A stretch of DNA of 62,779 nt, counting the filler, from Bdellovibrionota bacterium (GTDB lineage: Bacteria; Bdellovibrionota; Bdellovibrionia; Bdellovibrionales; JAEYZS01), in NCBI GenBank assembly GCA_963169515.1. It is 5 parts of 5 records of this genome, joined end to end, with 100 filler letters (N's around TTAATTAATTAA, not from the genome) between each part and the next. Parts side by side here need not be neighbours in the genome. Positions count along the whole stretch, not along the records: positions 1 to 17,852 come from CAUJEF010000032.1; 4 more parts are not named here. One strand, given 5' to 3'. The notes beneath the pieces were generated by a model. It ran no database searches and had not been told where the DNA came from. It saw only the letters and a list, made by a program, of their open reading frames with translations. Below are positions 1 to 9,121 of this stretch, piece by piece. Both the position numbers and the translations under genes were made by a program. Position 1 is the stretch's first letter. The number at the start of each line of letters is the position of its first letter.

Positions 1-183
1 TTTTCCCTTATCCCCCGTGGGACTTAGATAAATCGGGAACATACCATAAGCTTCGTTTAATAAAACTATACGATTGTCCAGAGGCAAAATAGAAATAGCT
101 GACCGAAAGAAAGGTCCTGTTGGCGCCGGCTGGACTGCCCGTCAGTTCCCTACAGTAATACAGTGGTTAATTGGGGGGAAAAT

Positions 184-1560
184 ATGAACAAAAACCTAAT
201 TTTGAACATCAGCATTTTTTGTGCACTTATTTTGGTTTTGGCGACAGGCTTTTCAAAAAGGGAAGAAATAAAAAAATATAAAGAAGGCGAGTTTATCGTA
301 AAAATAAATTCGAAAAAATTTGGACGTATTGAAAGCTCCGAGAAATTCATCAGAAATATTTTAGAAGCGCACCTTGGATTTGCTATTAAATCCATAACCC
401 CATTTGTAACGGACGCGCAGTTTGCCGTCGTTAGAATTGATGAACGACAAAACATTATGGACGCGATTTCCATTTTAAATAGCTCTGATGACTTCAGCTA
501 TGCGCAGCCCAATTTCCTATATACATTACAAGACGAATCAACCGGGGGCGCGCCAAATGACGCAGATTTTGCCCAAGCCTGGGGACTAAAAAACATAGGT
601 CAAGCAATTAACAATCTCAAGGGCAAAGAGGGCGCCGATATTGATGTTATGCCGCTTTGGGAAAAAGGAATAGTTGGAAAAAGTGAGATTATTGTTGGCG
701 TCGTAGATACGGGAATCGATGGGACACACCCGGACCTTGTTGATAATTTATTTGTAAATGTGGGCGAGTCTGGCGAGCTGGCAACAAATGGCATAGATGA
801 CGATAAAAACGGATTTGTCGACGACGTGAATGGGTGGAATTTTTTTGCTAAAACAAACAATCCGTTTGATGGACATTCCCACGGGACACACACATCCGGC
901 ACCATTGGCGCCGTCGGAAACAACGGGACAGGCGTTCCTGGTGTGAACTGGAAGGTACGGCTATTGCCGATTAAAATTTTTTCTGACAGTGGCGGCTATG
1001 CCGGCGATGACCAAGTGATTGAAGGCATTAACTACGCAGTTAAAATGGGGGCAAAAGTTCTCAGCAATAGCTGGGGCGGGGGTGGCTATTCGAAAGCTAT
1101 GTTTGAAGCAATTCAAAACGCACAGAAAGCGGGTGTGTTGTTTGTTGCGGCCGCGGGTAACTACACGGACGACAATGACCAGTATTCGTTCTATCCGGCG
1201 GGGTATGATTTGGACAATGTGATTGCCGTTGCTGCAACGACAAACACAGACGATATTGCTTCATATTCAAATTATGGCGCGAAATCTGTCCACGTCGCCG
1301 CCCCTGGCAGTAGCGTGTACAGCACAGTTCCGGCAGGAAAATATGCGTTTAAGAGCGGAACGTCTATGGCGACGCCACACGTTTCTGGTATCGCAGCGCT
1401 GCTGCTTTCTGAGTTTCCAAACACAACGCCCGCAAAGATCAGGGAAACTCTAATCAAATCGAGCGTAGAAGTTCCATCGCTAAAAGACAAGTGTGTTGCC
1501 AATGGTCGCGTTAGTGCGGCAAATGCATACGCGGCACTTGCTAGTGAACAGAAAAACTAA
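184..1560 (+). CDS. Secreted subtilisin-like serine protease (S8) with N-terminal prodomain
   Basis: Catalytic motifs VVDTG, HGTHTSG and GTSMATPHVSG; oxyanion AAGN; DDDKNGFVDD Ca loop; signal peptide. ATG 184 follows a GGGGGG SD (ORF track starts at 163). Confidence 0.93.
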   Translation: MNKNLILNISIFCALILVLATGFSKREEIKKYKEGEFIVKINSKKFGRIESSEKFIRNILEAHLGFAIKSITPFVTDAQFAVVRIDERQNIMDAISILNSSDDFSYAQPNFLYTLQDESTGGAPNDADFAQAWGLKNIGQAINNLKGKEGADIDVMPLWEKGIVGKSEIIVGVVDTGIDGTHPDLVDNLFVNVGESGELATNGIDDDKNGFVDDVNGWNFFAKTNNPFDGHSHGTHTSGTIGAVGNNGTGVPGVNWKVRLLPIKIFSDSGGYAGDDQVIEGINYAVKMGAKVLSNSWGGGGYSKAMFEAIQNAQKAGVLFVAAAGNYTDDNDQYSFYPAGYDLDNVIAVAATTNTDDIASYSNYGAKSVHVAAPGSSVYSTVPAGKYAFKSGTSMATPHVSGIAALLLSEFPNTTPAKIRETLIKSSVEVPSLKDKCVANGRVSAANAYAALASEQKN

Positions 1561-2396
1561 GTTCCGATTGGGTGCCAGACCGTTTTGAATTCTACGAAAT
1601 CGGTAATGGCTTTTAGAGAATCAACATTTTCATATCTGGGCACAACACGCTTCATGTTGGATGTGCCCAATTTTTTTATCTCATAAAGAATTTCTGTGTC
1701 TTCATTCTGACAACTGACAGACCTAATTTCCATGTGGCTACCGATATGTGGATACAGTTCTTTCAAATGACCCGTAAGCAGGTTAATCGCACCCTTCGGA
1801 AGATCTGACGTTGCGAATACCTCGGCCAAGGGTTGTAGTATTGCTGGGCATTCTGGGCCCAACACAACCACAAGGCTATTTCCGCTGGCAGAAACGGACG
1901 CGATATTTGAAACCAGGCGGCCAAAGTCAAAATGGGATTCACAAATCAGGGCAACAATTCCGACAGGGTCTGGCGTTGTGAAGCTGTGATGAGGTCCCGC
2001 CACCGGGTTTACCGCGGCAGACATTTGCTGAAATTTATCTGCAAAGCCAGCGTAGTAAATAAAAGCGTCAATGGCTTCGTCGACTTGTTTATTGGCCTCT
2101 TTATCTGAAATACCCAGGGTATCTTTTAAAAGACCGACGAATTCGTGTCGCTTTCCCTCAGCCATTTCGGCCATTCGATAAAGTATTTGTGCGCGATTGT
2201 ATGCGGTCATGAAGCCCCAGGATTTCTGACCGACTTCCGCAGCTTCAACTGCGGCACGCAGATCTTTTCGGGACGCTTGCGCAATATTTGCATATATTTT
2301 TTCAGAATCATGAAAGTTTATTGGAAATGATCGTCCAGACTCAGATCTTGGAAATTCCCCGCCAATAAATAATTTTATAGTCTTTAAAACTTTCAT
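1557..2396 (-). CDS. Short non-catalytic aldehyde dehydrogenase-family subunit (ALDH16 C-terminal-domain-like)
   Basis: ALDH N-terminal/NAD-fold motifs (LFIGGEFPRSESGR, RAQILYRMAE, DLPKGAINLLTG, KTVWHP) but no ELGG or catalytic Cys segment; ATGA-coupled to the upstream ALDH. Confidence 0.8.
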   Translation of the reverse strand: MKVLKTIKLFIGGEFPRSESGRSFPINFHDSEKIYANIAQASRKDLRAAVEAAEVGQKSWGFMTAYNRAQILYRMAEMAEGKRHEFVGLLKDTLGISDKEANKQVDEAIDAFIYYAGFADKFQQMSAAVNPVAGPHHSFTTPDPVGIVALICESHFDFGRLVSNIASVSASGNSLVVVLGPECPAILQPLAEVFATSDLPKGAINLLTGHLKELYPHIGSHMEIRSVSCQNEDTEILYEIKKLGTSNMKRVVPRYENVDSLKAITDFVEFKTVWHPIGT

Positions 2397-3898
2397 TTGA
2401 TCTCCAAGTATGCAGATAATCCGTGAATTCCGCCTTCGCGGCCAAATCCACTTTCATAGTAGCCACCAAACGGAGCTGTCGGATCAAATTTATTATAGGT
2501 GTTTGCCCACACGACGCCAGCCTTCAGTTTTGAGGCGACCTCATGAACTTTAGATCCCTTTTCAGACCAAATCCCGGCGGCGAGTCCGTAGGGAGTGTCA
2601 TTTGCCTTTGTAATGGCTTCTTGTGGCGTCCTAAATGTTTGAACAGATAAAACGGGGCCAAAAACTTCTACGCGACTAATGGTTGCGGCAGCAGAAACAT
2701 TGTTAAAAAAGCATGGCTTATGAAAATAGCCCTTGCTTGGGAGCCTTGTATTTGGTTCAAAGAAATCGCCCTCAGACTTCCCAACCTCAACGAGTTCCTT
2801 GATTTTTTCCAATTGCTCAAACGAGTTTATGGCGCCGATGTCGGTGTTTTTGTCGAGCGGATCGCCAATTCGAAGTTGCTGCATGCGACGCTTTAATTTT
2901 TTAATGAATACTTCAGATATAGATTCTTCGACCAAAGCTCTTGAGCCTGCACAGCACACGTGCCCTTGATTAAAAAAGATTCCTTGTACGACACCCTCGA
3001 CGGCTTGGTCGAGTGCTGCGTCTTCGAATACAATATTTGCCGATTTTCCGCCAAGCTCTAGAGTGATACGTTTATTTGTCCCTGCTATTGCAGAGGCAAT
3101 CTTTTTTCCCACCTCGGTTGATCCAGTGAAGGCAACTTTGTTCACATCGCCGTGGGAAACAAGGCTTGCCCCCGTCGCACCTGCGCCAGTGATGATGTTC
3201 ACAACTCCGTCCGGGAGCTCAGCTTGCTGAAATATCTCACACAACAGCAAGGCCGTTAGAGGGGTTGTCTCGGCGGGTTTTAAAACAACAGTGTTTCCCG
3301 TCGCTAAGGACGGTGCAATTTTCCATGCGGCCATCAATAGCGGAAAATTCCATGGTATAACCTGTCCCGCGACACCTAAGGCTGAAATTTTTGCCCCAGG
3401 AAATGCGTAATTTAATTTATCCGTCCAGCCGGCATGATAGAAAAAGTGTGCAGCGGCCAATGGGATATCTACATCCCTAGATTCTTTAATAGGTTTTCCG
3501 TTATCCAAGCTTTCCAGGACGGCAAATTCGCGGGCGCGCTCTTGTAGAATGCGTGCAATTCTGTATAAATAACGTCCGCGGTCCTTGGCAGAAATTTTTG
3601 ACCATGTTTTATCGTAAGCATTGCGTGCCGCCTTGACAGCAAGGTCAACATCGTTTGCGCCCGCTTCTGCGACTTCCGACAGGGGTTCGCCTGTGCTGGG
3701 ATTTATGGTTTTAAAATATTTCCCTGCAATTGGTTTTGTGAAGCGACCATTAATAAACAGTTCATATCGAGGTTTGATTTTAACAATAGACTTCGATTCC
3801 GGAGCGGGTGAATATTCGTATTTGAATCCTGATTTGGTTTCAACAACAGTCCCATTTTGGGGAATTTTTGTTTTCTTTTTAGCAGTTGATGTTTCCAA
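2393..3898 (-). CDS. NAD-dependent aldehyde dehydrogenase (acetaldehyde, deoC-linked)
   Basis: IPWNFPL, KPAE, FTGSTEVG, LELGGKS, FFNQGHVCCAGSR (catalytic Cys), EVFGP, PFGG. TTG 3898 follows a GGGGGG SD (alternative GTG 3913). Confidence 0.93.
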   Translation of the reverse strand: METSTAKKKTKIPQNGTVVETKSGFKYEYSPAPESKSIVKIKPRYELFINGRFTKPIAGKYFKTINPSTGEPLSEVAEAGANDVDLAVKAARNAYDKTWSKISAKDRGRYLYRIARILQERAREFAVLESLDNGKPIKESRDVDIPLAAAHFFYHAGWTDKLNYAFPGAKISALGVAGQVIPWNFPLLMAAWKIAPSLATGNTVVLKPAETTPLTALLLCEIFQQAELPDGVVNIITGAGATGASLVSHGDVNKVAFTGSTEVGKKIASAIAGTNKRITLELGGKSANIVFEDAALDQAVEGVVQGIFFNQGHVCCAGSRALVEESISEVFIKKLKRRMQQLRIGDPLDKNTDIGAINSFEQLEKIKELVEVGKSEGDFFEPNTRLPSKGYFHKPCFFNNVSAAATISRVEVFGPVLSVQTFRTPQEAITKANDTPYGLAAGIWSEKGSKVHEVASKLKAGVVWANTYNKFDPTAPFGGYYESGFGREGGIHGLSAYLEIK

Positions 3899-3916
3899 GG
3901 CTCGTCCCCCCACAGG

Positions 3917-4885
3917 TTAGTCCAATGAAAAATAGTGATTGTCGAAGTATCGACCTGTGTATTGTTTCATAATCTGTCTCAGTAAATCATTTAACAGAAC
4001 GCTTGCGCCGAAGCGAAACCATTGTGGCGTAAGCCATTCATTACCAAGAGTCTCTTTTACCATTACCAAATACTGGATCGCCTGTTTTGCAGTTCGAATA
4101 CCTCCGGCGGGCTTCATGCCAACCATACGTCCACGGTCGTCATAAAAATCTTGAATCGCTTGAAGCATAACGAGGGTATTGGCAAGCGTTGCGTTTTCGG
4201 TGGCCTTCCCCGTCGATGTTTTAATAAAATCAGCACCGGCTTCCATCGAAAGCCACGAGGCAAATCGAATTTTATCATAGGTTTGCAGTTCTCCGGTTTC
4301 AAGAATTACTTTCAAATGAGCTTCATCGGAACAGATATCTTTAACTGCTACAACTTCATCAAACACAGTTTGGAAATCGCCGCGCAGAAAGGCGTCGCGG
4401 TTAATCACCATATCAATTTCAGTTGCGCCAAGCTTTATTGCGCGCTTTACGTCCTCAAGCTTTAAGTCTGCGGGCAGCTGTCCCGATGGAAATGCGGTAG
4501 CAACAGAGGCCAGCTCAACGCTTGTTCCACGAAGGTGCTTTGCGGCCGTGGCAATTTGGCTTGGATAAACGCAGACAGCGGCAACAGAGGGTATTGGACG
4601 AATTTTTTTTCCAATCTCTTTTTCGATTTGTTCTACCATTGCTGGCGGCATGGGCCGCAAGGCCTTGCCGCAGAGCTGGCGAACTTTCCCAGGCGTGTCT
4701 GAGCCCTCAAGCGTTGTGAGGTCCACCATACTTAATGCCAAATACAGAGCGTCCAATTTGCTTTCTGTTTTAATGCTTCGTTTGGTAAACGAATTGGCGC
4801 GCTCAGTTGTGCCGACGCGATCAACGGGATAATGGGGAATTGTAATTCTGCCGCCCCCTGGGACTTTGATTTGTGCTGCTGGCAT
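3917..4885 (-). CDS. deoC: Deoxyribose-phosphate aldolase
   Basis: DLTTL, AVCVYP, GATEIDMVI, LKVILETGEL, GADFIKTSTGK, KPAGGIR, RFGAS motifs. Confidence 0.95.
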   Translation of the reverse strand: MPAAQIKVPGGGRITIPHYPVDRVGTTERANSFTKRSIKTESKLDALYLALSMVDLTTLEGSDTPGKVRQLCGKALRPMPPAMVEQIEKEIGKKIRPIPSVAAVCVYPSQIATAAKHLRGTSVELASVATAFPSGQLPADLKLEDVKRAIKLGATEIDMVINRDAFLRGDFQTVFDEVVAVKDICSDEAHLKVILETGELQTYDKIRFASWLSMEAGADFIKTSTGKATENATLANTLVMLQAIQDFYDDRGRMVGMKPAGGIRTAKQAIQYLVMVKETLGNEWLTPQWFRFGASVLLNDLLRQIMKQYTGRYFDNHYFSLD

Positions 4886-5039
4886 AGGTGAATTTTTATA
4901 TCAAATATCGGTCTTAATTTCACTCTAAAAGCGGACACAAAGAATACCTACTAATGGTATTTGAGAAACTTATCGCCTACTATGTGCATGGTTGGTCCCA
5001 TGTCTCTTGGACCGAGACAAAAGGGTCAACCTATAAATT

Positions 5040-5312
5040 TTATTTATAGCAGGCAATTGCGATGTTAAATTGACCATCACAATGCGAAACAAAAGCGCTT
5101 TGGCGATCTTGTCGCGCACAGAAATTATTAAGCTCCTCATCCTGTAGGCAACGGCACAGTTCTGTAAGGGAATAGAAAACGTGTCGCCCAGTGGAACAAT
5201 CAGGGCCATTCATTTCATAAGAATAATTAAAAGAATTGGTTACATTTTCCCCTGCAATTTCATTGCAGGCGCAAAACAGTAGCGGTAGTACGGAAACAAG
5301 CAACTTTTTCAT
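5040..5312 (-). CDS. Small Cys-rich putative lipoprotein
   Basis: MKK + hydrophobic stretch + LFCAC lipobox; GAGGG SD; several mature-region Cys. Confidence 0.7.
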   Translation of the reverse strand: MKKLLVSVLPLLFCACNEIAGENVTNSFNYSYEMNGPDCSTGRHVFYSLTELCRCLQDEELNNFCARQDRQSAFVSHCDGQFNIAIACYK

Positions 5313-5395
5313 TAATCCCTCAAGAGTGCGCGTAATTTAAGCTGATCCGACGGGGCCGCGCAAATGAAATTTCGAGAAAAGAAAAAATGTTCGGC

Positions 5396-6541
5396 TTAAC
5401 GAAGGATCACCGATAAAAGCTCTAAGTGTGTTGTGTGCGGAAATTGATCAAGGGGTTGAATTTCTTTTATTTTCCAGCCATGGGCCTCGAGCTTTTTCAC
5501 GTCTCGAAGATAAGTCAAAACATCACAAGAGATGTAATAAATGGCCTTAAGGGATAAACATTCGGCGGTCAGGCGAGCAAGGTCTTCAAACCCGGTGCGA
5601 GGCGGGTCTAAAACAAGAATCTCTGGGTTTTGGGCGTGCGCCCTGATCTTGCTGAAGCTTTTTTGACTTTCCAAATTTACTGCGACGGCCTCGACATTTG
5701 GAAGCTTTCTTTCCTGAAGGGCCGCGACGGCCTGCTCGCTGATTTCGGTTGCGATAATTTTTTTAAACCCAAGGCTTGCTATGACTTCAGTAAAATTTCC
5801 TGACCCACAAAATAATTCTAGCACGGACTGCTCGCGATCCTGCCGTGAAAGTTGGTCGCGCAGCCAATCCCGCATTCGCAAGTTCTGTTGCGAATTGCCC
5901 TGCAGAAAAGGCCTCCGTTTGTTAATCTGGATATTTTCGAATGAAACGTCCTCGTCTATTTCAAAAAAATTCCAAATATGATCACCCGTCGGTTGCCATC
6001 GTGCATTGGGAAGACTCTGTCTTGCGTTTTGAAGCGTGGTTCTATTTTTTTCTGACAATATAATACAGTCATTTATCGGCGCGATGTCTCTGGATTGGCT
6101 TGAAACAAAGCCAACTTGATTTCCGTCTGTTTTTAACTGCGCACGGTTTCGATAGCCGTATATTTTTTCAGACCCCCAAATGGGGTGTACCGTAAAGTCT
6201 GTGTATTTCAAACTCGTACGCTTGATTTGGTAATCTAAAAATTTTTTCTTGTAAAATAACTGCGAGGAATAATCAGCGATCATCCACGGGCACCCGCCAC
6301 ACTGTCCCCGTTCCCAACCAAGGTGTGGGCAGGGGGCGTCGATTCGGTGCTCGGACTTTCTAAATATTTTTTTAATCTTGGCAAAGCCGTAGCGTCGATC
6401 AGATTCAATGACCTCAAATTCGCCCTCATCGCCGGGCCAAGTGCCTTGAACAAAAAATACAAGACCGTCGGGATGGTCGACAACGCCATAGCCCTTAACG
6501 CTTAGATCTCGAATTTTTCCACTAAAAATCGATCCAACCAT
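5396..6541 (-). CDS. rlmD: RNA m5U methyltransferase, TrmA/RlmD family
   Basis: TRAM-like N-terminus, CPH..CGGC..C Fe-S motif, YRNR, LELFCGSGNF, LDPPR, YISCD, DQFPHTTHLE. ATG 6541 preferred because of the promoter geometry. Confidence 0.85.
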   Translation of the reverse strand: MVGSIFSGKIRDLSVKGYGVVDHPDGLVFFVQGTWPGDEGEFEVIESDRRYGFAKIKKIFRKSEHRIDAPCPHLGWERGQCGGCPWMIADYSSQLFYKKKFLDYQIKRTSLKYTDFTVHPIWGSEKIYGYRNRAQLKTDGNQVGFVSSQSRDIAPINDCIILSEKNRTTLQNARQSLPNARWQPTGDHIWNFFEIDEDVSFENIQINKRRPFLQGNSQQNLRMRDWLRDQLSRQDREQSVLELFCGSGNFTEVIASLGFKKIIATEISEQAVAALQERKLPNVEAVAVNLESQKSFSKIRAHAQNPEILVLDPPRTGFEDLARLTAECLSLKAIYYISCDVLTYLRDVKKLEAHGWKIKEIQPLDQFPHTTHLELLSVILR

Positions 6542-6547
6542 TGGCAC

Positions 6548-6576
6548 GTTATAACGGACCGCTCTCGGTTGGACAA
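6548..6576 (-). promoter_or_regulatory. Sigma70-like promoter giving a leaderless rlmD mRNA
   Basis: TTGTCC-N17-TATAAC-N6-ATG(6541); no SD. Confidence 0.55.
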
Positions 6577-6608
6577 GAACCGTCAATTGCAGTTATGTTT
6601 TACATAGG

Positions 6609-7409
6609 ATGATCACAGTTTTTTTTGCAATACTTATATCATTGAGCGCGAATGCCTACGAGGGGCCTGTGTCGTCGGCAATGGGCGGCTCTGGGCGGTC
6701 CTCGATTATCCCGGGCGAGACCACTCTGAATCCGGCGGCAATTGCCCATATTCGAGGTTATCACGTAACCGCATCTTATCAGGACTACACTTTCGAACCT
6801 ACGGGGAAGGCAGCAATTTTGCGTGCGTCTTTTGTTGATAGCAATGAAGACAATATGGTACCGGCAGCTTTTACCTATGGAAAAAACGCTGAGGATCAGG
6901 AATTTCACCTGGGAGTTTCAAAATTTATATTTAGATCCTTGGCACTGGGAATTGAAATTGAAAGATATATCTCTGATCCAAAGGTGGGCTATCGGCACAT
7001 TGAAAATGATATTTCAATTGGGGCACTGTACGCCATAACGACGGATTGGGGAGTCGGGCTTGTTGGTCGCAATTTATTGCGCACGAATTTGGCGGCTTTG
7101 GATCAATCTGTGGCGATCGCTTCGAGCTATGCGTTTGGTAAAATCGCTCGCGTTCAATTTGACTATTTACTCCCCATGCAAAACAACGATCAAAAAAAAT
7201 CCATCATTATGATGGGCGTAGAGAGCCACTTTGTGCATGAGTTTCCACTTCGAACTGGCTTCCGCCGGGATAACCTAAGGAATACAACCTTTTGGACTGC
7301 CGGCGCGGGCTGGGTGGGGCCGAAGATTGCTCTTAACTATGGCTTTGAAAAGAACGTCAATTCGAGCCGGGAGGCGGGCCACTCTATTGACGTTAGGGTC
7401 TATTTTTAG
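6609..7409 (+). CDS. Outer-membrane beta-barrel protein (PorV/FadL-like N-terminal motif)
   Basis: Signal peptide (ANA), SSAMGG..NPAA motif, alternating beta strands, C-terminal VRVYF. Confidence 0.7.
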   Translation: MITVFFAILISLSANAYEGPVSSAMGGSGRSSIIPGETTLNPAAIAHIRGYHVTASYQDYTFEPTGKAAILRASFVDSNEDNMVPAAFTYGKNAEDQEFHLGVSKFIFRSLALGIEIERYISDPKVGYRHIENDISIGALYAITTDWGVGLVGRNLLRTNLAALDQSVAIASSYAFGKIARVQFDYLLPMQNNDQKKSIIMMGVESHFVHEFPLRTGFRRDNLRNTTFWTAGAGWVGPKIALNYGFEKNVNSSREAGHSIDVRVYF

Positions 7410-7420
7410 TAGAAACTGCA

Positions 7421-7442
7421 CTTGCCGTAGGTAAACGGCGAG
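7421..7442 (+). terminator. Stem-loop after the OMP gene (no U-tract)
   Basis: CTTGCCGT-aggtaa-ACGGCGAG, 8 bp including one G-U pair. Confidence 0.3.
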
Positions 7443-7462
7443 CTGACCATGGGAGATAACGT

Positions 7463-7591
7463 ATGGCATTACCACACAGCCGAACCACTGTAATTCGACA
7501 AAGAAAACAAAAAAGCCGTGGGAAAAAAAGAAAAGTAAAATTGAGAACCGAAGGTTCTACAAAATCTCAAAAAGAACTTTTTCAAGACTAA
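7463..7591 (+). CDS. Uncalled 42-aa highly basic small protein (MALPHSRTTVIRQRKQKSRGKKRKVKLRTEGSTKSQKELFQD)
   Basis: Hand translation: ATG 7463 to TAA 7591; GGGAG SD at 7451-7455; 14 of 42 residues are K/R; fills the intergenic gap and overlaps the tonB stop by 4 nt. Confidence 0.7.
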   Translation: MALPHSRTTVIRQRKQKSRGKKRKVKLRTEGSTKSQKELFQD

Positions 7592-8430
7592 TTCGATCTT
7601 CTCAACTGGCCCGGAGCGGTCGTTGCGGGCTGGGTCAGGCGAAAAATAACGGGCTGTTCATACAGACCTTCGATTCCAGGAAAATATTTCCACTTTCGAT
7701 ATGTTTTAACCGCTTCGTTATCTAAAAACGGAAAGCCAGAGCTTTTTGCAACGGCAACATCTTTTACCAGACCTGCCGAACTAATATTAACGTACAAAAC
7801 AACGGTGCCTTCTTGCCTGCGCAAACGTGACCAATATGGATACGTCGGTTTTGGATTTCCTGCCATGGGCTTTGCTGCCGACGCAGGCATGACGGCGCCA
7901 GTTGGCGTTCCGTACGCGGCAATTTGGGCGGCATTTTGCCCAGGCAATTCAACGGGCGCAACTTGTTCTGCGGACGGAGCCGATGGGGCGGACGTTTCAA
8001 TAGGCGCTTCTTCCTGGGTGGAATCTTCGGGGTTTATTTCAGGCGTTGGTTCTGGAACTGTTTCTGGAACTACTTCTTCGGTTTTTTCTATTTCTGTCGG
8101 CACGTCGCCTGCTTGATCGACAATATCTGATTTGGAAACCTCTGGCGGCGGAAGCGGTGGCTGTGGTGGGGGGACGGTCTTTGGTCTTTTTGGTTTTGGC
8201 TCTGATTTTGCGACCACAGGAATTTTTTCTTTTTCAACGACGTCAATTTCGGTTGTCTTTTGCTCGTCCCCTCGAGGCATTTGATAATTGATATCATAAT
8301 CAACCACTTCGCCTTGTGGAAGCGCGCGATCGAGGGCTAATTTTACAATAAAAAGCCCGAGCCCAACGTGGATAGCAACTGATACTGCAAATGCCCAAGA
8401 AAATCTTCGTTTTTCGCCTTTATGTCTCAT
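7588..8430 (-). CDS. tonB: TonB energy transducer
   Basis: TM helix with SxxxH (SVAIH), Pro/Glu-rich spacer, TonB_C motifs YP..R..QEGTV and SSGFPFLD. Confidence 0.88.
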   Translation of the reverse strand: MRHKGEKRRFSWAFAVSVAIHVGLGLFIVKLALDRALPQGEVVDYDINYQMPRGDEQKTTEIDVVEKEKIPVVAKSEPKPKRPKTVPPPQPPLPPPEVSKSDIVDQAGDVPTEIEKTEEVVPETVPEPTPEINPEDSTQEEAPIETSAPSAPSAEQVAPVELPGQNAAQIAAYGTPTGAVMPASAAKPMAGNPKPTYPYWSRLRRQEGTVVLYVNISSAGLVKDVAVAKSSGFPFLDNEAVKTYRKWKYFPGIEGLYEQPVIFRLTQPATTAPGQLRRSN

Positions 8431-9121
8431 ATTTTGAAATCGCTAAAATTTTTGTTTGATCTATAGGATTATCGGTAATTTCTGTTTTCACTTTGAAAAT
8501 TTCCATAAGCTTTGGATGTTTAAGAATTGTTTCGGTCGAGCCGTCCAAGACCACGCCATTTTGATACAAGACCCAGGTCTGAGAAGTTTTAAAACGCAAG
8601 CACCAGCTTAAGTTGTGGTTTGAAATCACAAAGTGACGTCCTTTTTGAATTTGATTTTGAATAAGGTCTGCAACACGCAAGGAATAATTCCAGTCAAGGT
8701 AAGTAAGCGGCTCATCAAGCAACACAAGGCTTGCCGGATTTGATAAAACAGAAGTCAGCAAAACCCGTTGCAGCTCACCCGACGATAAGTTTTCAATTCG
8801 TCGATTCATTAATTTTTTTGTTCCAAGAACATGTAATACATCATCGCTGTGCCATTTTGATTTATTCCCGTCATACAGCTCAAAAATATCCTGTCCCGTT
8901 ACGCCCGGTTGAATTGTATGTTGGGCCGGCAAGTAAGCACAAGGCTTCGTGTTGACTCGGCCTCCTTTTGTTGGAAGAACGCCAACCAAAGTCTTCATAA
9001 GCGTGGTTTTACCTGTGCCGTTGGGCCCAATCATAAACAATAATGGCGAAGATTGGTTCAGACGCTCAATTTTTAACTTAAAAGAATCATAGCCACATTC
9101 GATATCAATCAGCTGTAGCAT
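8420..9121 (-). CDS. ABC transporter ATPase (BtuD/FecE-like)
   Basis: GPNGTGKTT, LSSGELQR, LLDEP, H-loop. Confidence 0.88.
   Translation of the reverse strand: MLQLIDIECGYDSFKLKIERLNQSSPLLFMIGPNGTGKTTLMKTLVGVLPTKGGRVNTKPCAYLPAQHTIQPGVTGQDIFELYDGNKSKWHSDDVLHVLGTKKLMNRRIENLSSGELQRVLLTSVLSNPASLVLLDEPLTYLDWNYSLRVADLIQNQIQKGRHFVISNHNLSWCLRFKTSQTWVLYQNGVVLDGSTETILKHPKLMEIFKVKTEITDNPIDQTKILAISKYET

Noticed and set aside
76..147. Possible riboswitch upstream of the S8 protease (GTCCAG/CTGGAC, AGCTGAC/GTCAGTT, GACC-GAAAGAAA-GGTC)
   Set aside because: Only short stems; lacks the full c-di-GMP-I or ydaO consensus and any expression platform. An Infernal/Rfam scan would settle it.
1571..1580. GGTGCCAGAC matching the REP-like unit
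   Set aside because: Lies in coding sequence for the conserved VWHP motif and the palindrome is incomplete.
4985..5000. Sigma54-like TGGGACCAACCATGCA upstream of deoC
   Set aside because: Spacing is right but there are three consensus mismatches and no supporting context.
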